Below the pieces are notes generated by a model. It did no database searches. It saw only the letters and a program-made list of their open reading frames with translations, and was not told where the DNA came from. Source: Akkermansiaceae bacterium (GTDB lineage: Bacteria; Verrucomicrobiota; Verrucomicrobiia; Verrucomicrobiales; Akkermansiaceae). From it: a stretch of 37,667 bases of DNA. Below, piece after piece: positions 27,982-36,475 of this stretch. The stretch covers positions 1 through 37,667 of the forward strand of contig JBPOGF010000029.1 in assembly GCA_051251915.1 (NCBI GenBank), given 5' to 3'. Made by a program: the position numbers and the translations under genes. Every line of letters begins with the position of its first letter. The stretch's first letter is position 1.

Positions 27982-28058
27982 TGGAGGCGGAGGTGGGATT
28001 CGAACCCACGAATGTCAGTTTTGCAAACTGATGCCTTAGGCCACTTGGCTACTCCGCC
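27982..28058 (-). tRNA. tRNA-Cys (GCA)
   Basis: Reverse complement GGCGGAG...TCAGT-TTGCAAA-ACTGA...GTGGGTTCGAATCCCAC-CTCCGCC-T-CCA; U73 discriminator and encoded CCA. Confidence 0.97.
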
Positions 28059-28140
28059 GTTGAGTGTGGGGCAGTTGTTAACCTCTGATTGAGGTAGTGT
28101 CAATATCTCTGTGCGATTTTATTGTATTTCTTTTTTGTGG

Positions 28141-29340
28141 TTAGAGTGAGTGTCCCATTTTGTCTTTTTTGGTTTGGAGGTATTTTTCGTTGTCTGGGTT
28201 TGCGGGGAGGCTGATGGGGAGCTGCTCGACGATTTCTAGTCCGTAGCCGTCTAGGCCGACCATTTTCTTGGGATTGTTGGTAAGGAGGCGCATTTTTCTG
28301 ACTCCTAGGTCGTGGAGGATCTGTGCTCCTACGCCGTAGTCGCGGAGGTCTGCTCCGTAGCCTAGTTTTTCGTTGGCTTCGACGGTGTCTAGGCCTTGTT
28401 GTTGGAGTTTGTAGGCTTTGATTTTGGCTGGGAGTCCGATGCCGCGGCCTTCTTGGCGGAGGTATAGGAGGACGCCGCCTTCTTTGGAGATGGTTTCTAG
28501 TGCTTGGTGGAGCTGGCCGCCGCAGTCACATCTGCGGGACATGAAGACGTCTCCGGTGAGGCATTCTGAGTGGACGCGGACGGTGACTGGTTTGTCTTGT
28601 GAGATGTCTCCTTTGACTAGGGCTAGGTGGTGGGAGTCATCGATGTCGATTTCGTAGAGGTGGCAGTCGAAGTTTCCGAAGTCTGTGGGGAGGTTGATGA
28701 TTTCTGAGCAGTGGACGAGTTTTTCTGTGTTGCGGCGGTGGGTGATGATCTGGGCGATGGTGCAGGCTTTTAGGCCGTGGGTTTGTTGGTATTCGCCGAG
28801 GTCGCCGACGGTGGCCATGGTGCCGTTTTCGTGCATGATTTCGCAGATGACGCCTGCTGGTTCTAGGCCTGCGAGCATGGCTAGGTCTGTGGCTGCTTCT
28901 GTGTGGCCGGCTCTGCGTAGGACTCCGCCTTCGGCGGACTGGAGGGGGAAGATGTGGCCTGGTTTGACGAGGGCTTCTGGTTTGGTGTCTGGGTCTGCGA
29001 GGAGGTTTACTGTGAGGGCTCGGTCAGCGGCTGAGATGCCGGTGGTGATGCCTTTGGCGGCGTCTACTGAGATGGTGAAGGCTGTTTTGAGTGCCTCGGT
29101 GTTTCTCCTGCTCATTTGTGGGAGGTCGAGATTTTCTGCTTGCTCGGAGGTGATGGGTGCGCAGATGAGTCCACGTCCATAGTTGGCCATGAAGGCGATG
29201 ATTTCTGGGGTGGCTTTGCTGGCTGCGCAGAGTAGGTCAGCTTCGTTTTCACGGCTGGGGTCATCAGCGACGATGACGATTCTTCCTGCGGCGATGTCGG
29301 CAATAATTTCCTCGACTGGACTAAAAATAATAGAGCTCAT
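28141..29340 (-). CDS. ribBA: Bifunctional DHBP synthase / GTP cyclohydrolase II
   Basis: DD..RENEADL, TTGISAADR, PGHIFPL, GHTEA, RVHSECLTGD, RCDCG, QEGRGIGL and TNNP; probable start ATG 29340. Confidence 0.97.
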   Translation of the reverse strand: MSSIIFSPVEEIIADIAAGRIVIVADDPSRENEADLLCAASKATPEIIAFMANYGRGLICAPITSEQAENLDLPQMSRRNTEALKTAFTISVDAAKGITTGISAADRALTVNLLADPDTKPEALVKPGHIFPLQSAEGGVLRRAGHTEAATDLAMLAGLEPAGVICEIMHENGTMATVGDLGEYQQTHGLKACTIAQIITHRRNTEKLVHCSEIINLPTDFGNFDCHLYEIDIDDSHHLALVKGDISQDKPVTVRVHSECLTGDVFMSRRCDCGGQLHQALETISKEGGVLLYLRQEGRGIGLPAKIKAYKLQQQGLDTVEANEKLGYGADLRDYGVGAQILHDLGVRKMRLLTNNPKKMVGLDGYGLEIVEQLPISLPANPDNEKYLQTKKDKMGHSL

Positions 29341-29418
29341 AGCGGGTGTGTGGGGTAAGGTGTGACGGAACTGAGCAAAAATCAATGATAATTAGGTTTT
29401 GCTAGAGTTGGGGGTCTA

Positions 29419-29489
29419 GGGTTGATGGATTTTTTTTTGAACCACGGAATGGCACGGAAGTCACGGAACTGGGTTGATGGAACGGAACT
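29419..29489. repeat. Short (C)ACGGAA iterations overlapping a GGGTTGATGGA direct repeat
   Basis: CACGGAA at 29443, 29453 and 29462; ACGGAA at 29482; GGGTTGATGGA at 29419 and 29471. Confidence 0.7.
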
Positions 29490-29661
29490 TGGGTTTGGGG
29501 GATGGGGGGATTGATATTGGGATCTATTTACACTAGGGGGGAGGCTGAGACTGTATCCGGTAAATGGTGATTTATCGCAAATTTGAGTTTTAAAATCTTC
29601 TTAATGGATTAATCTAGAGGGGTGAGTGCTGAGAGTGAAAATACTAGAGATCGTTGTTGCC

Positions 29662-30087
29662 ATGATTGAGCTGGTCTTTCTATCTCCGTGGTTATTTGTT
29701 GTAGCTATAGCATTGATTTTGCGGTTTGTGGTTCTGCGCAAGCGATTTCAGGCTGACGGGTGGGTGGGCTTTAGTGTTTTTAGTGTCATCGCTTTGGCTT
29801 TGCCGCTGGCGATGGGGGTGTGGGTTCCTGATTTTCTGGGCTATACAACTTCAGTGGCTAGAGCTGAGACTTCATCTGGAGTGGTTATTAAGGTGGAGCA
29901 ACGATGGAATTATGTAGATTTCTACGACACTAGTGTGGTGGTTAGATATCCTGATGGGCATGAGAGGCAAATCACGCTTGATGGGGATGATAATAAGAGT
30001 TGGAGTGTGCCGATGGAATTAGATGAGGATAGGAGAGTGGCTAAAATTACATTGAGTGGTGGTCGATATAGGAGTGTGGGTTGGTGA
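29662..30087 (+). CDS. Hypothetical membrane protein (two TM helices plus a beta-rich domain)
   Basis: ORF with two hydrophobic helices; probable start ATG 29662. Confidence 0.6.
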   Translation: MIELVFLSPWLFVVAIALILRFVVLRKRFQADGWVGFSVFSVIALALPLAMGVWVPDFLGYTTSVARAETSSGVVIKVEQRWNYVDFYDTSVVVRYPDGHERQITLDGDDNKSWSVPMELDEDRRVAKITLSGGRYRSVGW

Positions 30088-30112
30088 TTTTTAGGATACT
30101 ATAGGTTAAAAG

Positions 30113-30511
30113 ATGAAGTTTAGTAGCTCAATATGGAGGATTTTAGGTAGGCATGTAGGTGCTGATGCTTATTTGTTTGTTGATGCTGAGCTGGGTCTGA
30201 TCATTGTTAATTTCCGTCATAGTGCTAGATGGCGAAGTAGGATGAGTGGTTTTGGCTTGTGGTATTACGAATTAGGGGATTATGAAATAGTGACGACTCA
30301 TGTTAAAAGGAGTGGTGAGAATCATTGGTTGAAGGAGTATTTCCGAATCTATAGCGACTGGATGCAATGGAGTAATTTTCAGAATGATATTTTCCACGAG
30401 CGAGTTGAGGCTAGCGAAGTTCCTGAAGATTTCCTGGGGACTTATAGGAGTATGAGAGATTTATTCACGGCGCGAACGAAACCAGATTATGACCCAAATA
30501 AGTTAAGGTAA
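30113..30511 (+). CDS. Hypothetical protein
   Basis: 132-aa ATG-initiated ORF filling the gap, aromatic-rich. Confidence 0.5.
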   Translation: MKFSSSIWRILGRHVGADAYLFVDAELGLIIVNFRHSARWRSRMSGFGLWYYELGDYEIVTTHVKRSGENHWLKEYFRIYSDWMQWSNFQNDIFHERVEASEVPEDFLGTYRSMRDLFTARTKPDYDPNKLR

Positions 30512-30616
30512 GAATTATGCTGTGGTATGAACAGGGCTCTGGCTAGGGGGGAGTTTAGTCGGAAATTAAAGTAGGGTGATTGTTATTTTTTCTTGAGGGG
30601 GCAGGTGTATCGGAGA

Positions 30617-33346
30617 CTATTTCTTTGGGGTGAAGGTGAGGCCGGGGTTGGCTTGGATGGTTTTTGTGGTTTTGCCGTCGGTGAATACGATGGTGGTTGG
30701 TTTGTCGGTGGTTGGGATGTAGGTTACGTAGCCGTTGGTGAAGGCGATGGCGGTGGGGTGGTTGGATCTGGTTTTGGGGTCGGGGGTGCCTAGTTGTTGG
30801 AGTGAGGAGATCCATTGGAGGGTGTGGGTTTTTGTTTCTCCGTGTTCGCTGTTGGTGATTTTTAGGGCTAGTTTTTTTGCGGTGTTGGGGTCTGCTAGGG
30901 CGAGGTATTCTGCGAGGATATCTTGCCATTTGTCGTAGTTGTTGGGGTCTCCTTCGAAGCCTTTTGTGTGGAAGCTGTGGTTGGCGGTGTCTAGGTTTTT
31001 GAGGTTACGAAGGATGTAGTTTTTGTCTCGTCCTAGGTAGAGGGAGCCGCCGTTGATGGGGAGGAAGTTGATGCCGTGGATTTCTTCTGGGTTTGCGGTC
31101 CACCAGGTGCCGTAGGATGCGCCGTCTCCCCAGACCATGCCTACGCAGCTTTGGGCGTAGCCGGTGGGGAAGACTTGTTGGTCTACGTCAAACCAGTATT
31201 GCTTGATGGCTTCTGCTTCTGTGGAGTGCCAGTAGATGCCGAGGTCGCGGATTTTGTCATTTTTGGTGGCTTGGCCGTAGAGGATGAGTGAGGTGGCGAA
31301 GTTCATGGATTCTGAGGAGGATTCTTGGTTGTTTCCGGAGGCGAATCCGGCGTGGCCTGCTGCCCAGGAGTGGCCGGCGTAGGGGTCGAAGCTGCGGAGG
31401 TGGGGGAAGAGTTTGTCATCGCGGTGTGGGCTGGCGCAGTCTCGGATGAGGAGGTCTATCATTTTGCCATAACGCTCAGGTTTGACCCATTCTGGATCAT
31501 ACTGGGCGATGGTGGCTGCGGCTTTGATGAAGTAGCTGTAGTGGAAGTGGTGGTCGTTTAGCTGCTCAGCTGAGCCGTAGCTGTCTGGGTAGCCGACGAG
31601 GGTGTTCCAGCGTTGGTCGTAGTAGAAGAAGAATTTGTCTTTGCCGTCAAACCAGTCTGCGAGGCGGGTTTTGAGGAGGTTGAGTAGGCGGTCGCGGATT
31701 TCGTTTTGTTTGAGTTGTTCTGCGATTTGGATGAGTTCGGTGACTTTGCCAAATTCTTTGCCGTTCCAGTAGGTGTCGTCTCTTGTGAAGGTGTAGTCCT
31801 CGGAGTCTTTGATTAGGTTTTTTAGGACGAGTGCTAGGTCTGCTTTGTTACTTGGGTTAGGGAGTGCTGGGAGGATTCCTAGGTAGGGGGTGGTGGTGGA
31901 AAATGATTCACCGGTGAGGACTTTCATTTCTCCGCGTGGGCTGGCGTAGGTGAACTTTGCAAATTTGTCTTTTTGGTCAGCGTAGAGGTGCTGGTGGCGG
32001 TAGAGGGCGAAGATGGTGGATTTGTTAGAGCCTTGCATGGGCTGGGTTGTTACCGAATAGGTGGTGGTGACTTGGGATTTTTGTTGGTCGTATTTGTAGT
32101 CAATTTTGGTATCGCGGATGAAGGCGTAGGCGAATCTTTCGAAGGCTTTGATAGTGGCTGGTTTGTTATCTGGGAGGGCGGCGACTGAGAGGAAGGGGAT
32201 GTCTGTGATGATGGTGTCTTTTCCCATGGTGAGCTTGGTTCCGGTGGGGGTGAAGATACCGAAGTGGCTGCCATTTAGGGTGACTCCGAGGACGTTGGGG
32301 CTGGTGTAGAAGGTTTTGGCGATGGGGGCGTCTGGGTTGACGTTGCCTACTATTGCGTTTTTGGTGCCGAGTTTTTCTTGGGTTCCTTTTGGCGATGTGG
32401 GGAGGGTGACTAGGCTGTCGCTGGATTTGATCTCGACTGGGCCTTTGCCGAAGCATTTCCAGATTTCTAGGCGGATGGTGCCGTTTTTGAAGTCGGCCAT
32501 TTCTCCGTGGGTGAGCTGAGGGTCTAGTGGTTGTTTTTCTGAGGTGTAGTTTTCCCAGGTGGATTCTGATGGGTCTGTGGCGAAGAGGTTGAAGGTTTCT
32601 GTGCGGTCGGTTTTGCCATCGCCGTTGAAGTCGTAGGTGAGGCGAGCTTTGGTGCCGATGCCGGCGATTTTTCCTGCGTTGAGGGAGAGGTTGATGTGGG
32701 CGGGGTTGTTGTTGTGTTTGGCGGTGATGTTTTTCCACTCGATGGTGTGTGGGGCGACGGGTTCACGGGAGGCGTCTATTTTGGCGGTGGTGAATTTTAT
32801 TTTGATGGGGTGTTTGCTGGATTTCTCGAAGTAGACGAATGGGCTGCCGTGGGCGAAGGTGGCGCGAAGGTTGTTGGTGTCTTTTTTCCAGAGGGCGGTG
32901 ACGGACCAGTCTGAGAATGCGTCTAGTAGGGTGGCTTCTGTTTCTATGGTGTCTATTCCTACGCGGATGCTTTCACGGAAGGGGTATTTGTAGCTGGTGC
33001 CTTTTTGGAAGACTTTGCCGTCTTTGAGGTGGTCGCTGGTGGTTGGCTTGGTGGTGTAGCCGATGGCGAGGCCGTCGCCGTGGGCTTGGACGGCGAGGGG
33101 GTGGGGGAACATGGCTTGTGAGTGGGGTGAGTGGAGGGGCCAGACGAGTGATGACCACCAGTCGTTGGTGGGGATGGGGGTTTTGATGTTAGATGAGGTG
33201 AGTGGTACTGCCTGGATAGATCTGCGGGGGGTGCCGTCATTATTGTCTGGGAGGTCTGTGCGGTAGCTACCGGCGCCTAGTTGGGTGGTATCGGCGAGAG
33301 AAATGGATAGGGTGAGGGCGCTAAAAAGTATGATGATATGTTTCAT
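30617..33346 (-). CDS. Secreted GH81 endo-1,3-beta-glucanase (laminarinase-like)
   Basis: Signal peptide; PTNDWWSS, GSPF, LNDHHFHYSYF, FDPYAGHSWA.G, GNNQESSSE and HGINFLP. Confidence 0.93.
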   Translation of the reverse strand: MKHIIILFSALTLSISLADTTQLGAGSYRTDLPDNNDGTPRRSIQAVPLTSSNIKTPIPTNDWWSSLVWPLHSPHSQAMFPHPLAVQAHGDGLAIGYTTKPTTSDHLKDGKVFQKGTSYKYPFRESIRVGIDTIETEATLLDAFSDWSVTALWKKDTNNLRATFAHGSPFVYFEKSSKHPIKIKFTTAKIDASREPVAPHTIEWKNITAKHNNNPAHINLSLNAGKIAGIGTKARLTYDFNGDGKTDRTETFNLFATDPSESTWENYTSEKQPLDPQLTHGEMADFKNGTIRLEIWKCFGKGPVEIKSSDSLVTLPTSPKGTQEKLGTKNAIVGNVNPDAPIAKTFYTSPNVLGVTLNGSHFGIFTPTGTKLTMGKDTIITDIPFLSVAALPDNKPATIKAFERFAYAFIRDTKIDYKYDQQKSQVTTTYSVTTQPMQGSNKSTIFALYRHQHLYADQKDKFAKFTYASPRGEMKVLTGESFSTTTPYLGILPALPNPSNKADLALVLKNLIKDSEDYTFTRDDTYWNGKEFGKVTELIQIAEQLKQNEIRDRLLNLLKTRLADWFDGKDKFFFYYDQRWNTLVGYPDSYGSAEQLNDHHFHYSYFIKAAATIAQYDPEWVKPERYGKMIDLLIRDCASPHRDDKLFPHLRSFDPYAGHSWAAGHAGFASGNNQESSSESMNFATSLILYGQATKNDKIRDLGIYWHSTEAEAIKQYWFDVDQQVFPTGYAQSCVGMVWGDGASYGTWWTANPEEIHGINFLPINGGSLYLGRDKNYILRNLKNLDTANHSFHTKGFEGDPNNYDKWQDILAEYLALADPNTAKKLALKITNSEHGETKTHTLQWISSLQQLGTPDPKTRSNHPTAIAFTNGYVTYIPTTDKPTTIVFTDGKTTKTIQANPGLTFTPKK

Positions 33347-33538
33347 GAAGATGAATAGGATAGGTGTGATTGGACGCTGAAGAAATGATAGTGGAACGCT
33401 AAGTGCTGATGAGAGCAGTGGCGATGCTTCTTTTTACGGTGAGGTTATGGACTGGTTACATGTTAAATGAGACTATCTAACAGGGGATGGTGAAATCTAC
33501 GCTATTCTCTGGAGTGGTGGATTTATTTTTGATAGTAG

Positions 33539-34507
33539 ATGGTTGTGCTGACTGCGTTTAAAGAACTCATATTCCCTAAACGGTTACTACCGTTGATAGC
33601 AAAGCTTTCGCCGATGGTGGTGAAGGAGCTTAGGCAGGGGTTGAGGCGTGGGATTTTTTTGATTCCGTTTATGGTGATCCATCTTTTGGCGATCGCGGCA
33701 CTTTATGTGGAGTTTTATACTGAGGTGGAGCTGGGGACGAATAGGTATACTGGGGTGATGCAGATGGGGTTGTTTTTTGAGAATAGTCCGTTTTGGTGGG
33801 TGGCTGGGGGGATTTGTATTTTGCTGATGCCGATGGGGGGGATAATGTTGATGGGGCAGGAGATGGATGAGGGGAATTATGAGTTGTTGCAGATGACTGA
33901 GCTGACGCGATGGCAGGTGGTACTGGGGAAATTTTTGTCGATTTGGAGTATCACGTTGTTGACGTTTTCTTCGCTGATTCCGTATTTGATTGTGCGGTAT
34001 TTTGTGGGGGGAATGGAGGTGTGGCGGAATTTTGCGTTGGTGTTGACGGTGGTGTTGGGTGCTGGGATTATTTCTGCTGGGGCTATTGGGGCTTCTTCGT
34101 TTAAGAATCCGTTTGCGCGGATGGGGGTGTTTTTGTTGTTTATGGTTTCGGTGGTGGCGTCTGGGGTGATGGTGTTGATGCCTTCGGCGTTAAAGGCGGG
34201 GTCTTGTGGGATTTTTTATCACTTGAATGTGGTTGGGTTGACTTTGTGCTATGTGTTGTTGGGGTTGGTGATTGCACGGTCGCGGATTAGGCTGGTGGTG
34301 CATCAGTATGAGGTGAAGCCGAGTTGGATGATGATTTGTTTGTTGGTGTTTACGCCATTGGTGGTGGGGATGAGTACGTTGATGACTGGTGGGTGGATGG
34401 GATTTACGGGGTGTGTGGCGATGTCGATCGTGGCGCGGTATGCGGATGTTTCTCCGAAGGCACCGAAGTGGGTGAAGATGCCGGAGTTGAACATTCCGTC
34501 GGTTTAG
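33539..34507 (+). CDS. ABC-2-type permease-like membrane protein
   Basis: PM.VKELRQGLR, E...G..ELL..T.L....V.GK and several TM helices. Confidence 0.78.
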   Translation: MVVLTAFKELIFPKRLLPLIAKLSPMVVKELRQGLRRGIFLIPFMVIHLLAIAALYVEFYTEVELGTNRYTGVMQMGLFFENSPFWWVAGGICILLMPMGGIMLMGQEMDEGNYELLQMTELTRWQVVLGKFLSIWSITLLTFSSLIPYLIVRYFVGGMEVWRNFALVLTVVLGAGIISAGAIGASSFKNPFARMGVFLLFMVSVVASGVMVLMPSALKAGSCGIFYHLNVVGLTLCYVLLGLVIARSRIRLVVHQYEVKPSWMMICLLVFTPLVVGMSTLMTGGWMGFTGCVAMSIVARYADVSPKAPKWVKMPELNIPSV

Positions 34508-34637
34508 TTGCTGGGATTTAGGTGGGGAGTTTCGATGTCAATTATGAAGCGAGATGAGGGGGGGGCTCTGGAGGCTTTTAAGTGGATGAAGATGAAGGGG
34601 CTTCATGTTTTGTTGTCTTAGGCGTGAGGGATGGGGT

Positions 34638-34680
34638 AAAAAAAAGCCATCTGACACTTTAAAGTGAACCAGATGGCTTT
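34638..34680 (-). terminator. Terminator (strongest on minus strand, possibly bidirectional)
   Basis: A8-GCCATCTG...CAGATGGC-TTT with an inner CACT/AGTG stem. Confidence 0.8.
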
Positions 34681-34826
34681 CGGGAGGGGGAGGGGATGGA
34701 AGGGTAGGTATTGTATGTTTTACTCGGGGAGAATAGTTTGGGAGGGTGGGAAGTTGGAGGTGAGGAGGTAGGGAAGTTGGAGGGTTGTTTGTTTTGGGAG
34801 GGGGCTTAATAAAAGTGTTATTGTTA
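34638..34826 (-). ncRNA. Candidate C-rich small RNA
   Basis: A minus-strand terminator with no minus-strand CDS upstream, repeated CCUCC motifs and an ECF-like promoter at 34832-34861. Confidence 0.4.
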
Positions 34827-35013
34827 CTGCTTTAGATGAGGTTTCTGGTGGAAAGGTCACATTGTTTGTTAATTATTATAATTTTTTCTTAATGGATTGT
34901 TGTTTAGTGTGTTATGATTTTATTTGGTTGTGAGTGAATATGGACGGGGTGTTTTTTGAGAAAAATGTGTGCACTTTCTTGACCTTAGTGGGAGGTTTGA
35001 AGATGATGGGGGC

Positions 35014-35448
35014 ATGTCTGAAACGAATGATTCTCCAATTTTGCCTAAAAGCCCGTTTGAAGAGGTGGGTGGTATTCCTTACTTTGTAAGAATGTGTGAT
35101 AAAATACGGCTAGATGCGGCTGGTAAGCTATCTGCTGATTATCAGTCTAATCTTGGTGGTGGATTTGATAAATGGGCCTGTGAGTATTTAGGGGTGGATT
35201 ATGCGGATCTGGTGGCGAAGGTTCAGAGTGGGCTGGATGATGTGGCTGCTTTGGCTTGGGCGCAGTCTGCTGGTGTTGCTCGTAGCGCGGTGGAGCGTGA
35301 ATGGTGGATTTGCTATATGCGGAATCGGGGGTGTAGGGATGATATTGGCGAGCTCTTTTTGAAGCGTAAGTCTGAGTATGGGTTTGGTGACAGGGCTGAT
35401 ATAATGAGCTTTTTTGATCTGATTGATGCGGATGAGGGGAGAAACTAA
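35014..35448 (+). CDS. DUF5069-like protein
   Basis: SP.E.VGG.PYF.RM.DKIRL...G.L..DY...LG.GFD...C..L and FD.ID.DEGR; probable start ATG 35014. Confidence 0.8.
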   Translation: MSETNDSPILPKSPFEEVGGIPYFVRMCDKIRLDAAGKLSADYQSNLGGGFDKWACEYLGVDYADLVAKVQSGLDDVAALAWAQSAGVARSAVEREWWICYMRNRGCRDDIGELFLKRKSEYGFGDRADIMSFFDLIDADEGRN

Positions 35449-35461
35449 ACTAAAAAATTTG

Positions 35462-36475
35462 ATGAACGAAATTACACTGAATTCTCCGCTGGATATGCAC
35501 CTTCATTTACGTGATGAGGAGATGCTTAAGCTTGTGACTCCGCTGACGAGTGAGACGTTTGCAGGGGCGGTGATCATGCCGAACTTGGTTCCTCCTGTGG
35601 ATAATCTGGAGAGGTTGTTGGCATATAGAGAGAGGATAACGGCGGCTCAGGGAGGTGATGTATTTGAGCCTTATATGATGTTGTTTTTTAAGCAGTATAC
35701 TGAGGCGGAGTTGGAGGCAGCAAGGGAGCATATGCTGGGGATAAAGCTTTATCCTGCTGGGGCGACTACGAATAGTGAGGCAGGGGTGAAGGCGCTGGAT
35801 GCGGTGGAACCGACGTTTAAGATGATGGAGGAGATGGGTATTCCGCTGATGGTACATGGGGAGACTCATGGGTTTGTGATGGATAGGGAGAAGGAATTTT
35901 TGGCTAGTTATGAATATTTAGCGAGGAAGTTTCCTAAGTTGCAGATCACGATGGAGCACATTACTACTGCGGATGCGGTGGAGCTGATGGGGCGGTATGA
36001 GAATCTGAGAGCGACGGTGACTTTGCAGCATTTGATCATTACGCTGGATGATGTGGCGGGTGGGATGTTGAATCCGCATTTATTTTGTAAGCCGATTGCG
36101 AAGCGTCCTGAGGATAGAGAGGCGTTGCTTCAGGCTGCGCTGGATGCGCATCCGAGTTTGATGTTTGGTAGTGATAGTGCGCCGCATCCTTTGAGTAAGA
36201 AGGAGTGTTGTGGTTGTGCGGCTGGGGTGTTTACTTCGCCGTTGGCTATTGCGCGGTTGGCACAGTTGTTTGATGCGCATGGGAAGTTGGAGAATTTGCA
36301 GGCGTTTGTTTCTGATAATGCGCAGCGACTTTATGGGATCACTCCGCTGGAGAAGAAGGTGGTGGTGAGTAAACAAGCTTATAAGGTTCCAGGAGCTTAT
36401 ACTGGATATGGACAGCATGTGGTGCCGATGCACGCTGGTGAAACGCTGGACTGGGCAGTGACTTCTGTTTCTTAA
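35462..36475 (+). CDS. pyrC: Dihydroorotase (homodimeric type)
   Basis: [38 protein letters not shown] and GSDSAPH; probable start ATG 35462. Confidence 0.97.
   Translation: MNEITLNSPLDMHLHLRDEEMLKLVTPLTSETFAGAVIMPNLVPPVDNLERLLAYRERITAAQGGDVFEPYMMLFFKQYTEAELEAAREHMLGIKLYPAGATTNSEAGVKALDAVEPTFKMMEEMGIPLMVHGETHGFVMDREKEFLASYEYLARKFPKLQITMEHITTADAVELMGRYENLRATVTLQHLIITLDDVAGGMLNPHLFCKPIAKRPEDREALLQAALDAHPSLMFGSDSAPHPLSKKECCGCAAGVFTSPLAIARLAQLFDAHGKLENLQAFVSDNAQRLYGITPLEKKVVVSKQAYKVPGAYTGYGQHVVPMHAGETLDWAVTSVS

Larger units (their letters stand above)
27673..28000. repeat. Two-copy ~194-bp-period repeat downstream of tRNA-Cys, each copy carrying the tRNA 3' end and a terminator
   Basis: 27673-27805 and 27867-28000 share GGGGAGAGTT..TTCG.TGCGCT.AT.AACTGGGGCACTCAAACGGTGTTCGAATCC, AAAAAAGCCTA.CA....TG.TAGGCT and AAATTGGAGGCGGAGGTGGGATT. 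Confidence 0.9.

Noticed and set aside
27673..28000. CRISPR array or prophage attachment pair
   Set aside because: There are only two long diverged units, no repeat-spacer periodicity, no cas genes, and no integrase or cargo.
27982..28058. tRNA-Sec or a UGA suppressor tRNA
   Set aside because: The anticodon is GCA with a short variable loop and a 7-bp acceptor stem, so it is an ordinary tRNA-Cys.
29341..29660. FMN riboswitch upstream of ribBA
   Set aside because: The conserved AGGGCGGGGTGAAATTCCC-like core is not recognisable on the minus strand.
30555..33266. Many short overlapping ORFs inside the GH81 gene (similar ones in cls, ribBA, the PDZ gene, pyrC and moaA)
   Set aside because: They are low-complexity shadow frames caused by strand skew, overlapping confident genes.
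34682..34805. CsrB-like GGA-rich RNA or G-quadruplex on the + strand
   Set aside because: The GGA motifs are not in hairpin loops and no + strand terminator follows; the G-richness is partly compositional. Not fully excluded.
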